From assembly GCA_964035575.1 (NCBI GenBank), contig OZ037844.1, positions 992,001 to 1,056,000 of the forward strand: a DNA stretch of 64,000 bases, given 5' to 3'. The notes beneath the pieces were generated by a model, which made no database searches, was not told the origin of the DNA, and saw only the letters and a program-made list of their open reading frames with translations. The position numbers were made by a program, and so were the translations under genes. Shown here one piece after another: positions 11,175 to 23,350 of this stretch. The stretch is from Rhynchopus sp. YZ270_cl-10. Taxonomy: Eukaryota. How positions within the stretch are numbered: position 1 is the first letter of the stretch; each line of letters starts with the position of its first letter.

Positions 11175-11470
11175 AGGCGGATCACCTCCAGACGAAATCC
11201 ACCCGGGTGGGCGCTATCACCCCGAGGGGGTGCCAATAACCGATGCATCATCTCCCTCTCCAGGTATTGCGTAGAGCTTTTGACTGTATCTAACGCAAAT
11301 GCCTTCAGCATCACACGACCTGCTGCTTCGTGTTATTCCCCGAGGAGGGCCTCCTGCGTGCCTCGGCCTGCTGCTTCAGCTCCAGGCCTCCCCACGTCAC
11401 CTGATAGTCCCATCTGGTGGGCACGGCATATCCTCATTTCCCCTCCCTTTATCAAAAGCCCAAACCACGG
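11175..11470. repeat. Repeated block downstream of one class of cyclase copies (other copies ~22273-22512 and ~23852-24140); possible gene fragment
   Basis: AGGCGGATCACCTCCAGACGAAATCCACCCGGGTGGG.. occurs three times; minus-strand translation EAAGRVMLKAFALDTVKSSTQYLEREMM is interrupted by stops. Confidence 0.7.
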
Positions 11471-11754
11471 TCTCTGCTGGGGGTGCTGGTGTGGGTCACT
11501 TCGAAGACGTTGTCGTGTCTGCTGCTGCCGTACTCGTACACACCGACTGTGGTGCTGGGCTTCATGATCTCCGCAAGAGATGCTGGCAGCGACGTGCCCA
11601 TCGGCGGTGCGTACAGGAACACCTTTGCCAGGGACACAGCCTCTTCGCACAGCGCCCAGCTGCGCTGCACAGACGGCCCCATCACCGTCAGGAAGCGCTG
11701 TGCGCGTGACCCCACGTCGCCGTGTTCTGTTGACCCACTCGCAAGACCCGCACC
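11452..11754 (-). pseudogene. 3' fragment of an adenylate cyclase copy (copy-4-type tail ..SRDRGLGF)
   Basis: About 300 bp nearly identical to the cyclase 3' end, fused at CACC (11751-11754) to the 3' flank of copy 3. Confidence 0.85.
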
Positions 11755-11798
11755 AAATAGCAGCCTGTGGATGGCGACATGTTCTGCCTGTTGCAGTG

Positions 11799-14096
11799 TC
11801 AGGAGCATGTTGATTCGGATGCGAAGCAGCGGCGTGGGCGGCTGGGGGTGCTGGTGTCGGTCACTTCGAGGACGTTGTCGTGTCTGCTGCTGCCGTACTC
11901 GTACACACCGACTGTGGTGCTGGGCTTCATGATCTCCGCAAGAGATGCTGGCAGCGACGTGCCCATCGGCGGTGCGTACAGGAACACCTTTGCCAGGGAC
12001 ACAGCCTCTTCGCACAGCGCCCAGCTGCGCTGCACAGACGGCCCCATCACCGTCAGGAAGCGCTGTGTGCGTGACCCCACGTCGCCGTGTTCTGTTGGCC
12101 CACTCGCAAGACCCGCACCCGCAAGCTTCGTCCCGCTGTTCGCACGTTCCATAAAGTGCACAGCGTTCTCAGCATGTGCCTGTGTCGCACGAGCAAGGTT
12201 CCACCCAACACACACACGGCTCCCCAGCAGTGACACCAATGTACCCCCGCTCTGGTCCAACGCAGTCATCAGGACCGACATCACATTGCTCATGTCCTGC
12301 AACGCTCCCCCACACTCATCCGCACGCACAACCACCTCCACCTCCAACACACCCACAGTCGCAACAGCAGACACACGTGTTCGTGCAAGTGTCTCGGACA
12401 AACTGTGCGCCACCTCACCGTCAGTCATGTTGCGCATGGTGCTCTTCATAAACGGCAGCAGTGGCATCGTCTCAGGCTGGAGCGGGTCAAACCTCCTCTC
12501 TGCAAGCGAAGGTGGCCACACACAGCACACAAGCACAGGCTCTGCCACACCCTTCAGCTCAAGTGCCTCTGCCGTGCCTGCCACCCCCACACAGCTGCCA
12601 CAGTGCTGCTCCCACAGGTCCGCAGGCACAGCAACAGCACCCGGTGTGCACGTGCTCTCGATGCGTGCTGCCACGTTCACAGTGTGGCCGAAGTAGTCAG
12701 TCCGTCCCGTCAGTGCGTTCTGCTCTGCAGCCACAGGGCCGCTGTTCACACCAATGCGCACCGTGAGCCCACCCCACAGGTCACCACGTTCAGCACAGAT
12801 CGGCACCTCCATCAACGACGCAGGCCAGTCCGCAGCACGGAGCATCTCGTGCACATTCAGCCCAAAGTCAACACCTTCTTGTGTGGTCTCGAAGGCAACC
12901 ATGAAGGCGTCACCGATTGTCTTCACCTCGTAGCCACTAAACGTCTGCATCGCAGTCCGCATCACCGAGTTGTGGATCCACAGCCCATCCCGCATCCCGT
13001 CAGGTGCGCCTTCCCAGATCGATGTGGACGAGCGGATGTCTGTGAACACCACCGTCACTGCCTCGCTGTGTGCACCAGGTGCCGTCACAACGCTCTGGAC
13101 AGACATCTGGTCGTCTCTGTCGAACAGTGCAGCAGGGAGGTAGGGGCGGTAACGCCGCAGGTTCAACTCCATCTTCTCGAGTGTTGCATGCATCTCAGGG
13201 GGCAGCAGCGCCTTGCGTGCATCCAGCATGCGTGCCACACCGTCCACGTCGTACTTCGCCAGCAGCGCTGTGATCTCCTGCACTGCACTGATGGTGCGCT
13301 GCATGGCCGCCTGCTCCTTCATCACTGTCGTCGCAAACCCTCGTGTGATGATAAAGTCCATCAAAAACACGGCCAAGGACAGGGCCAAATTGTTTGGCGG
13401 GAAGGACACAGGGCAGGGCAGAGTGTCGCACGCCAGCATGTCCTCGAAGTACTCACGCCTCACCTCCTGCGTGCCAAAACCTGGGATGTCAAGGAGCCCA
13501 AAACGGAAGCTTTCCTCGACTGCGATTGTCACGAGGTACACCACTGTGAAGGCCACCAACCCGAAGGTGTACTTCGTGGGCGTTTGCAGCACCAGCATCT
13601 GGTCAATCCCGATCACGAGCAACGGCCATCCTGGGTTGCCAATGTTCCGTCCGGAAAGGTCGTACACGAATATTCCAAATACCTGGGCATAAATCAGGCT
13701 CACAACAAGCGGAACAGTCAGCTCCTTCTTCAACAATATCAAGCACGCAAAAAGAGCAAACGTTACTATGAAAATCGCATTCGCCACGAAGAAGGACGGC
13801 ACGTCCTTCGCCGTCTCGTAGATGGTAAAAAAAAACATCACATTCAGAACTACACCCATGATTGAAGAGACGAGCATGATTTTGCGACGTGACTGTGCAT
13901 GTTTCCCCAGCGTCCCGTCCACTGAGATGATGTTCTGAAACCAATCCATGCTCGCCATCTTCATCTTCGCCATGTGGTTGTGTTCCTCCCTAGTTGGGGT
14001 GGGGTGTATCAAAAGGGGTGGGGTAGCGTAGGACTCATCAGACATCTTCTTTGCTGTCTGCGACACGCATGCTCGGACACCTTCGTCGCCACTCAT
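11799..14096 (-). CDS. Membrane class III adenylate cyclase, copy 3
   Basis: 767-aa ORF with the same architecture and catalytic motifs as copy 2. Confidence 0.93.
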   Translation of the reverse strand: MSGDEGVRACVSQTAKKMSDESYATPPLLIHPTPTREEHNHMAKMKMASMDWFQNIISVDGTLGKHAQSRRKIMLVSSIMGVVLNVMFFFTIYETAKDVPSFFVANAIFIVTFALFACLILLKKELTVPLVVSLIYAQVFGIFVYDLSGRNIGNPGWPLLVIGIDQMLVLQTPTKYTFGLVAFTVVYLVTIAVEESFRFGLLDIPGFGTQEVRREYFEDMLACDTLPCPVSFPPNNLALSLAVFLMDFIITRGFATTVMKEQAAMQRTISAVQEITALLAKYDVDGVARMLDARKALLPPEMHATLEKMELNLRRYRPYLPAALFDRDDQMSVQSVVTAPGAHSEAVTVVFTDIRSSTSIWEGAPDGMRDGLWIHNSVMRTAMQTFSGYEVKTIGDAFMVAFETTQEGVDFGLNVHEMLRAADWPASLMEVPICAERGDLWGGLTVRIGVNSGPVAAEQNALTGRTDYFGHTVNVAARIESTCTPGAVAVPADLWEQHCGSCVGVAGTAEALELKGVAEPVLVCCVWPPSLAERRFDPLQPETMPLLPFMKSTMRNMTDGEVAHSLSETLARTRVSAVATVGVLEVEVVVRADECGGALQDMSNVMSVLMTALDQSGGTLVSLLGSRVCVGWNLARATQAHAENAVHFMERANSGTKLAGAGLASGPTEHGDVGSRTQRFLTVMGPSVQRSWALCEEAVSLAKVFLYAPPMGTSLPASLAEIMKPSTTVGVYEYGSSRHDNVLEVTDTSTPSRPRRCFASESTCS

Positions 14097-15036
14097 CAGC
14101 AACGAAGGCTGAAGGGTGTTGACATAGTATCAGGTGCCCACAGGGAGAGACAGAAACGACACCTTCGTGAGTTCATATGAAAAACAGTTTCTTTTTTTTC
14201 TACGTGGATGCGATATGTATTGAAGTCAAGTAAGGGGTACAGAGAGAGAGAGAGAGGTACAAGAGAGATCAAGAACGTTGACTTGAGATACAAAGCCTTT
14301 CGTGGCTGTGTAAAGAAGGGGCACGCTTAATTTGATAGCGAGTGATTTTTTTTTACTTAGAAAACCCAAATTTTTGTTTGCCTTCTAAAGTGCAAGTGAA
14401 GAACTCAGAATGCGTCACAAGGAAAGGGTTGTTTTTGGCACTTTTTAAAACCGAGTTCAACATATTTTTGGTCAATTTATTTGGTTGAGTAACTAAATAT
14501 TTCCCGCATCTGAGAACAAAAACTCAGGACACAGTGATAACACGCATAATACTGTAGTGTGCCCCTAGCTGTTAACTGGTGATTTTCTTGCTTTATGAAA
14601 AGTGCATGCGATTTTTATCATAATAAGGGCTTAGTTATTTTTTTTTTTGGTACGCGTCCGCGCGCGCTCAAATTTTTGGAAATCCAAAAATAAAAAATAA
14701 AAAATATAAAAAAAATATGCCGGTGTGGTGTGCATTGAAAAGTATAAAAAAAAAAGTTGGAAAATTTCAACAATTTTTTTTTTCGGGGGCTCCCTAAAAA
14801 GGAGTATTTTGGATAAAAAGGTTCAAAAAGCGCGTGGTTTCTGGGTCAAAAAAGAGGGAAAAAATAGTGAGGGGAGTTGGGTCCAGTCATAGGGGGTATA
14901 GCATATTTTCTGGAAAATTCTTCAAAAAAACGACGATTTTTGCTGGGCACAATGCAAATTTCAGAAAAATCCCAATTTTCGACTGGTTGAGCAAATTATG
15001 GCCCACCCACCCCGATTGTGTGTCAAAAACAGACTT

Positions 15037-15766
15037 CACAATGTTTCTAGAAAGTATTACCCTTATCAGAGGGCGCAGTGTCCGACAAGGGTCACAGACA
15101 GAACGCGATTTAATTGGGGTCAAACGCCGAAGGAAAAGGAAGGATGCAGTATGGCGAGAGAATAAAAGTAGCGCACCGTGCGCCTTGGGCGCAAGCTTGC
15201 AACCCACACTTCGCGTGGCATAGTTTGGCACTAAAAACGTGCAATTTTGAGCGCAATTTTTAGAAATATTGCGTACCGTGGCTTCGCCATGGGTGCCATG
15301 ACCGCCGTTTCTTTTGTAAATGTATTGAGATTACTGATACTGCGTGTGCCCAGTGCAAATATCAATGTAGTGTCGAACTCCGCAGTAGGATAACCGAGGA
15401 ATTCTCACATTCTGCCGGAGGCCCCGAACGAGCTGGGTTGGGCTTGACCGAGTAATGACCGAGTTTCAGCGAAAACCACCAAAACCTATATTCCCCTGGG
15501 GTTTAGTTCTGCGACAGCTGAGATGTGTAAAAAAACACCACTATTCTGCCTCAGTACAGGTCCCAACCTGCTCGTTCGTTTTTCTTTTCAGATGGTCACT
15601 CAATTTTTCGACTCGCTGCGCTCGCGGACAAACCATCAACCCCCCCACGATTTCCTAAAAACCTGACAGCTAGCATCAGGCCTGCGCGGAAAAATCTCTA
15701 AAACGGGAGAGAAAAATAAAACGAAAAAAAATCTCGGATTTTCAGCGAAAAGAAGGATCCACCCTG
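15037..15766. mobile_element. Partial (right-end) copy of the hAT-like family at 17842-21399
   Basis: Colinear with ~20675-21399 and ends in AAGGATCCACCCTG; left TIR not found. Confidence 0.7.
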
Positions 15767-16009
15767 CACCAGGGAGAGGAGAAAGGTATCTCTTCCGCCT
15801 CGTCGCAAAATCGTTAGTGCGTTCGCACTGCTCACACTTGTACTGAACCCGTAAATGCCAGACGTCGTCCGTGTTCCACGTCACGCCGATAAAATCCTGC
15901 ACCAATGTGTACGCACTGCCGATGCTGGACACCGTAGTTTTCTCCTGCATGAGGTCTGATGCCGCATGATGGCAAGGAATAGCGCTGCGAGCACTATAAC
16001 ATCTACCTA

Positions 16010-16241
16010 CCCTCCCCCGTGTATATGTCCTGTGCATATGTCCGTGTTGGTCGAGGCTCGGACATATACACATGTTTTCGGACATATGCACATGCCGGAC
16101 ATCAGGTAGTATACTACAGTTTACAGCGGCAAAAACCCATTCCGAGCTTTCGGCCCCGCACGTTGGCGGGGCATCTCCCCCCATATGTGAATATGTCCGG
16201 AAATTTTTCAGAAAAGTGCCGGACATATACACGGAGGGGGG
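16010..16241. mobile_element. Tc1/mariner-type MITE (TA TSD)
   Basis: TA|CCCTCCCCCGTGTATATGTCC..GGACATATACACGGAGGGGGG|TA. Confidence 0.7.
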
Positions 16242-17841
16242 TAGTTACATTTAAAATTCAGGTTCGGTATGACCTAGAGCTCCGAACTGCGCCGCAGGCC
16301 CCCAATTGCATAGGGGGGTCTGGGGGGTTTGGGGCGAAGCCCCCCAATGGGGGGTTCGGGGGGCGAAGCCCCCCGGCGCTTTTTTTTTGGACTTTCGGGC
16401 CAGAAAAACCGAAAATTTGGGTTGAAATGGGCATTTTCCTAAGTAAAAACCACGAAATTTCGGGTGCGCGAAACCACGTTTTAGACCCCCACAGATGCTC
16501 AAAAGTGTCAAATTCTGGTTTTAACGGCCTCAAATCGTCGAAATTAGCCCTATATAGGCGGAAAAAAAAATTTGCGAGAGTCCCTTTCTATAAGTCAAAA
16601 TAGCTGGAAAGTGGGGTGGGAGGGTCCGTAGTCCGAGGGTCCGTAAACATTTGAAAACATACGAAAACATGTGTTTTTCCCAGTTTTGGCTGGGAAAAAA
16701 CATTTTTTTCCCCTTTGTATCTCAGTTTTGGCAAAGGTAAAAAACACTTTTTGAACTTTTTTGCGATTTTTTAACATGTTTTAGGGAGCCCCCTTCAAAT
16801 ATTTTTTTTCGAAATATTTTTTTTTGGGCACAACATTGATTTTGCAGGCCAAAACAAGTTATTTTTTTTTGGTATTTTATTTTATTTTGCGCACGCGCGC
16901 TCAAAATTTGAGGGGGGTCCCGGACGCGTACCAAGAAAAAAAATAACTAAGCCCTAACTCCCTCTGTGAGTTATAAAGAGCTTAAAACCACTGTCGCTAG
17001 TATCAAACAACTTGTCATTTCAACAACGAAAACTGTGATAAATCCTGAGTGTCAGCTGGCAAGGCAGGTGTTGCTAGGCACAGTCTTTTATAGTCCCTGT
17101 TGTAAACCACACTGTTTTGTTCTTCCTTTTTTCTTTCAACATTTTTATACATTTGCTTTTTTTGTTGTTTGGGAGACATGTAACAATACATACAACACGT
17201 GTCGGTTCTGTGTAAAAACATGACACGGAACCACCTGTGTGCTGCCCCTTTTCATGTCTATCCATGGAAACTGTATCACAAGTGATACCGGGTAAAAAAA
17301 AGTATAAACTGCGGAAGACGCAAAACAAACTCGCGAACGAATAAAGAATTTTTTCTGCGAAGTGTGTGGTAAGGGGGGAGAATAAAACATTACGAAAAAA
17401 CCTCCACTATCATTTCGCAAGCTTCATTACCATTTTGGTTTTCTCCTCACACGAAAAAACACAGTTTTGAGTCCTGTGTGACACCACACCTCCAAAAAAA
17501 ACGTTTCTTTTCTTTCAGAAATCGATTTAGATATTTTCGATTTCGGGGGTCCAGGGTTAGTACTTACCCTGTTGTGCTCTTCTGAAACTGTACAGGATAT
17601 GAGGGGGGGGGTGCTTTCGTTCGTTGTGGATATACGTTTGGGGGCATTTGAGGAGAGTGAAGTGTGCAACGCATTGCAATCAAAACCAAAATCAAAATCA
17701 GACATAGTTTTCAACAGAACTTTTTCAAAACTCAAAATTCTGGCGGCGGGTGCAGTTGTCCAGGGGCTCCGCTACCGGATAAAGCTTCGTTCAGTGCGCA
17801 GTACATCAAAATAAAAGAAAAAAAACTAGTTCATACTTATT

Positions 17842-20515
17842 CAGGGTAGATCCTTAGCGAAAGTGAAAATAAGGATTCGAGTTTTTTTATTTTTTTTTCC
17901 TTTTTTTTTTTCCTTTTTTCTCTGGCCCATTTTTTTGGTTACCTACTAATTTCCAGGCACAGAGTGGCACCACCACGGTCCGCAATCGATCCGGAAAGTC
18001 AAAATAAGGGGGAAACCAAAAGGAAAAAAAGTAAAAGTTCGCTACCGTTTTTTGGCTGGCCTTCGGCCCGCCAATGCCCCTTTAATATTTGTCTTCACTT
18101 CATAAGACAAGGACCAATGAGTGTCAATTCTCAGTGTCACCTTGCATAAGACAATTTTGAAGCATATTTTTGAAGAACACAATTACTATGTCCACAAACC
18201 CGCAAAGCGGACCATTGTAAAAGGGTTGGTGCTGAGGGTGGAGGTTTCGAAGAAGTGCGTGTGTGTTAAAGGTCGGGTATGAGTAAATAAAGACTTCAAC
18301 CGGACCAAGGCAGAGACACAACACTGTTAGGCCAAAATCCAAAAACCCATAGGGCCCCAGCAGCATTGTTGTCGAAAATCCCCACTTAATTTTTGGTGGG
18401 ATTTTGAACTTTGCCCAAAACCTGCGGAAAAAAATTTCCGAAAAATTACAAGAGGCCGCCCCGTACCCCCTCCAAGCAAATAAAAAAGTAAAAGAATGCC
18501 CTTCCTCAGTCCGGAAGTATCACCTCAACCGGTCACCTGCCGTAAAAGAGAGAGAGGTTACAGAAAAAGAAGAAAAAGTAGATGTCAAAAAAAAAAAAAA
18601 AAAAAAAAGGGAAATAGTCAGATTTACCCTACCCTATTTTGAAAAAGTTCAGACTTGCCCGAAATAAGTTCAGACTTGCCCTAAAAGTGTTTTTAGGGCA
18701 AGTCTGAACTTATTTTTAGGGCAAACACTTTTTTTAGGGCAAGTCTGAACTTTTTTAGGGCAAGTCTGAACTTTTTTAGGGCAACCCTGCACTTATTTAT
18801 TGGGCAAGCTGGGGGCTCTTGGGTTACAGAGCCCGGCGGTCGTCGTTTTTGCGTTTCTGTTTAGGGCACGTATGGGCTATTCGCGACGAGTCCTGGTAGT
18901 GAAATGAGCAACCTATGGTATGGAGCTTTTTTTCCATGCAACTGAATTTCCTCGTGTCCAGGACACCCCACTTTCCGAGCAAAATTAAATAATGACACAA
19001 ATGGGAGGGGAAAACCCTCTGACCTTTATCATCACTCTAAAAAACTCTCAGGTACCGCACCGCAGTACCGCACCACGATCCGAGACCCGTACAGAACAGA
19101 GACCAGAAAAAAGACTTCCGCACCCAAACGCGACTCCTCATAGAACACGACGTAGTAGTAACAAAAAAAAAATACCGATTACTGCAGTAAGTACAAAGCC
19201 TTTGGGCGACATTGTACAGGTCCTACATCATGTACGTAAAATTGTCGATACAACCAAAGAAAAGCATAGTGGTGCACCCTCGGGTGTCTGCACTACTGCA
19301 ACAACTATTTCTATAGCTACAGTTTCCCCACCTCTACCTTTAACTTTTTATACGAGGATGTAATTCTCCGGGATTACTCCGCGATTGTCGTCACAACAAA
19401 AAAGTCCAGAGGACTTGTTGGTCGCCTTACTCATTTGGATCAACGGTATGTATATGCTACTCATTACAATGTTAGCCACTTCTATTGCCAGACACCGGGG
19501 CAAATAGTAAGTGCAAGAAAACTGCTTTTTGGAAACCAGGAAAACATGATGGACACTCCACTCCACGTGCGGACATGTTTGGCACTTCTGCATGCGTGCA
19601 GTATCCAAATGTGTCCCCGTGGGAACAAAGTGATAAAGATGTGTCCACTGTGTACAGGGAAAAAACTTTGCGCTCCCCCGGACAGTGCACAATTCAACCC
19701 CTTGTTGTGGGTGGTCTTGTTGCCTTTTGGAACAACAACAATTTTTCCACGTTGTTGCATTTTGGCCAGGCATGCTCTTGAAAGCATGACAATTTGATTG
19801 CGTATGGACAAAGCAAATAACCAAGTATGAATTCTGAGTTGAAATGTGAGAGATGTTGTGGGAAGGGGAGTTCGCTCCTTTCAACGATGACCTCGTTGTT
19901 CTTCAATAGGCATGTCTTAACCGACCACATAAATAAAATTGTGCCGGCCTCGAAGGATTCTAAGCAAACCCGCGTGGTAGCTAAACACTGACTCTCTCTC
20001 AATTCAACAAAGAAGGAATACTTGGTAATTTGTGGAGCACCCGTGCATGAAAATTGTAAAACTTTGCGCCCCACGTTGCCCCAGAACACGGCTTCCTTTG
20101 TAACCGGTTCTGGCCCAACGTGGACTGCCTGTTCACCCTTTCCGGGTGGCTGGTGGTTTCTGGCATCAATTTTTGGGCTCCGGCTCGGTTAGGCATTTTA
20201 GGGCAATGAAACAAGTCATACCACCATACCATGGGGCCCCAAGAGTGCCCCAGCCAAAGTGGCCTGACTTGTTGCCCTAAAATAAGTTCAGACTTACCCT
20301 AAAAATAAGTTCAGACTTGCCCTAAAAAAGTTCAGACTTGCCCTAAAAAAGTTCAGACTTGCCCTAAAAAAAGTGTTTGCCCTAAAAATAAGTTCAGACT
20401 TGCCCTAAAAACACTTTTAGGGCAAGTCTGAACTTATTTTCGGGCAAGTCTGAACTTTTTCATAGGGCAAGTCTGAACTTTTTCAAAATAGGGTAGGGTA
20501 AGTCTGACTATCTCC

Positions 20516-20555
<40 letters not shown>

Positions 20556-21399
20556 GCTGCGCTCGTGGAGGTTCACCCAATGCGGTCTCGCCTACCCAAA
20601 CTGCTGGTGCATTGGCACTACCTATTTAATTTTGAAAATTTTCTTGCTAATGCCGGGCACTACCACTTTTTTTCAGAATGTTTCTAGAAAGTATTACCCT
20701 TGTCAGAGGGCGCAGTGTCCGACAAGGGTCACAGCCAGAATGCGATTTAATTGGTCAAATGCCGAAGGAAAAGGAAGCATGCGAAAGAAAAAAAGTAGCG
20801 TACCGTGCGCCTGCGGCGCAAGATTGTAACCCACCCTTCCCATGACTAGTTTGGCAGTAAAAATGTGCAATTTTGAGCGCAATTTTTTGAAATGTTTCGT
20901 ACCGTGGCTTCGCCAGGAACCTTTGGGTGCCATGACCACCGTTTCTTTTTGTAAATATACTGAGGTCACTGCGCGTGCCTGGTGCAAATATCAATACAGT
21001 GCCGAACTCCGCAGTAGGATAACCGAGGAATTCTCACATTCCGCCGGAGGCCCCGAACGAGCTGGGTTGGGCTCGACCGAGATTCAGCGAAAACCCCCAA
21101 AACCTATATTATCCCCTGGGGTATAGTTCTACGACAGCTGATATGTGTAAAAAAACACCACTATTCTGCCTCAGTACAGTACCAACCTGCTTGTTGGATT
21201 TTTTTTTAGACCGTCACTCAATTTTTCCGCTCGCTGCGCGAGCGGAAAAACCATCAACCCCCACGATTCCCAAAAAACCTGAAAGTTAGCGTCAGGCCTG
21301 CGCGGAAAAATTTGAAAAACGGGAGAGAAAAAAAAAGGAAAAAAACGAAAATAAATCTGGGATTATTAGCGTTTTTAGCGAAAATAAGGATCTACCCTG
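17842..21399. mobile_element. hAT-like non-autonomous element, 8-bp TSD
   Basis: TIR CAGGGTAGATCCTT / AAGGATCTACCCTG; TSD TACTTATT at 17834-17841 and 21400-21407. Confidence 0.88.
18609..20516. mobile_element. Long-TIR (Mutator/foldback-like) element nested in a poly(A) run of the hAT-like element
   Basis: GGGAAATAGTCAGATTTACCCTACCCTATTTTGAAAAAGTTCAGACTTGCCC and its inverse ending at 20516; subterminal AAGTTCAGACTTGCCCTAAAA arrays at both ends; A runs on both flanks. Confidence 0.8.
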
Positions 21400-21484
21400 T
21401 ACTTATTCATTCTTTTCTAAAAGAAAGGCATTGAGGGTGCGAAAAAAGTACTCTTGCTTTGTTTGTTTGTTTGTTTGTTTGTTT

Positions 21485-21532
21485 GAAAACTTGGTTGTCT
21501 TGGTGTAGACACCCGAGGATGAACTCCACTAT
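21485..21532 (-). mobile_element. 48-nt hairpin element, subfamily B, with (CAAA)n tail
   Basis: GAAAACTTGGTTGTCTTGGTGTAGACACCCGAGGATGAACTCCACTAT after (GTTT)n. Confidence 0.7.
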
Positions 21533-21689
21533 AATATGTTTGTTCGTTTGGGGTTATGATAACAAAGTGGCACAAATCACAAAAAAATCACAAATAATCA
21601 CAAGACTCTTTTTGATTCTGTTGTGACTTGTTGTGATTTTCTCTGAAAAAAAAAAAAAAAACAGAACACGACACTTCGCCGTACCCCCG

Positions 21690-23350
21690 GGCCACCCCAA
21701 GTGGGCTCACTTATAGTCACCTTCACACGAAAAAATCAAAATAGGGAACAGCAAGAAAAACGCTGCAGTGGTCTGTGTCCAGAAACAGCACCAAACAACC
21801 GCACAGTGACAAAGCACTGCACGGCTGCTGGCCGGATCTGTTAGTAAGAATAAGTAGAGTGGAAGCAGAACGAACCTAAACTGTGGTGTGGGTGTGAGGG
21901 GTACGGGGCGAGGGGCGAGGGGTAACAGTGCTGGGGGAGGGGGAGGCAGGCATGAGAATAAGGCCCGGACCCCGGACCCCGGACCCGGCCCCCCGGAACC
22001 CCACACCCCCCTACCCTCTAAGAACTTGTCCATTTTGGAAAAGTGACCCCACCACTGGCCGCACGGATTCCGAAAATGCAAATGCCGGTGTTTTTTGGTA
22101 TTTTCATTTTGCACTCTGCCCGGCACCTTGCCCGGCACCTTGCCCGGCACCTTGCCCGGCACCTTGCCCGGCACCTTGCCCGGCACCTTGCCCGGCACCT
22201 TGCCCGGCACCTTGCCCGGCACCTTGCCCGGCACCTTGCCCGGCACCTTGCCCGGCACCTTGCCCGGCACCTAGGCGGATCACCTCCAGACGAAATCCAC
22301 CCGGGTGGGCACTATCACCCCGAGGGGGTGCCAATGACGGCTGCATCATCTCCCTCTCCAGGTATTGCGTAGAGCTTTTGACTGTATCTAACGCAAATGC
22401 CTTCAGCATCACACGACCTGCTGCTTCGTGTTATTCCCCGAGGAGGGCCTCCTGCCTGCTGCTTCAGCTCCAGGCCTCCCCACGTCACCGGATAGTCCCA
22501 TCTGGTGGTCATGGCGGAACCCCGACACCCCCACCCATTCCCAGCACCAACACATCCACAACAGAAATTTTACTATGTCATCACCCCAGGCAGCTGTACA
22601 TGACAGCCTGTCCGGCACCCCCGCTGTCAAGAGGGGGTCCCGAGAAAGCCCCATTTGTGAATCTTTACATAGATTAGAGTCAGCTTAGAGATCCCCTCAC
22701 CCCACCCCACACCCAACGTGTCGTTCAGCACTCCAAAAAACCGAGACCCCCTCACCCCCACCCCACCCCTTGTGAGAATAGCCCGGACCCCGGACCCCGG
22801 ACCCGCACCCCCCTAACCTTATTCTCATGCCTGGGGGGAGGGGTGGTTTGTGTGCCCCCAGAAAGCATAAAATACAGCTGTATTTCTTGCTTTATTGCAC
22901 CTTTGGCATTAACCTACCGAGGAATAATAACTATTCATTGCATGACTTAAAGTCATCACTTTAGATCACGAAAGGGGGTGAGTTGTGCATTACAGTTGCA
23001 TTTTTTTGTGCACAAAAAACAATGCTACAATAACGCACACCTGCCGAGTTTATAGTGGAACCCCAAGGGAAATTAGTCCTCGGGTGAGATGGGAAGAGGT
23101 GATCACAGAGTGAAAACATGATTACAAATAGAACTAAGCATAAGTGAAAACCGGAAAGAAAACGTTGGGAAAAAGGGCGCACACACTGTGTACACGTAGA
23201 TACTAGGAACGAGCGGTTCTTGACAAGAAATGTTGAACGAGACCTGGGTCCACGTTGGGCCAAGGGACGTGACTAGGTTGTGGCATTTTCTTTCAATGAA
23301 ATATATTAAAAAAGAAGGCACAGCTTAGCCACATGGCTCACCGGGAAGTT
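21690..23350. repeat. Spacer segments duplicated at ~28150-29240
   Basis: GGGAACAGCAAGAAAAACGCTGCAGT..GTGCTGGGGGAGGGG and AATTAGTCCTCGG..GCTTAGCCACATGG are shared with the spacer between copies 4 and 5. Confidence 0.75.
22117..22272. repeat. Perfect tandem repeat (TGCCCGGCACCT) x13
   Basis: Read directly. Confidence 0.97.

Larger units (their letters stand above)
14627..16954. mobile_element. PIF/Harbinger-type non-autonomous element (TAA TSD, GGGC..GCCC termini) with nested insertions
   Basis: TIR GGGCTTAGTTATTTT..TGGTACGCGTCCG / CGGACGCGTACCAA..AAATAACTAAGCCC; TAA on both sides; empty site TATCATAATAACTCCCTCTGTG in the paralogous spacer at ~27211-27232. Confidence 0.85.

Noticed and set aside
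18640..20500. CRISPR-like array (AAGTTCAGACTTGCCCTAAAA repeats)
   Set aside because: No unique spacers, both orientations present, no cas genes; these are transposon subterminal repeats.
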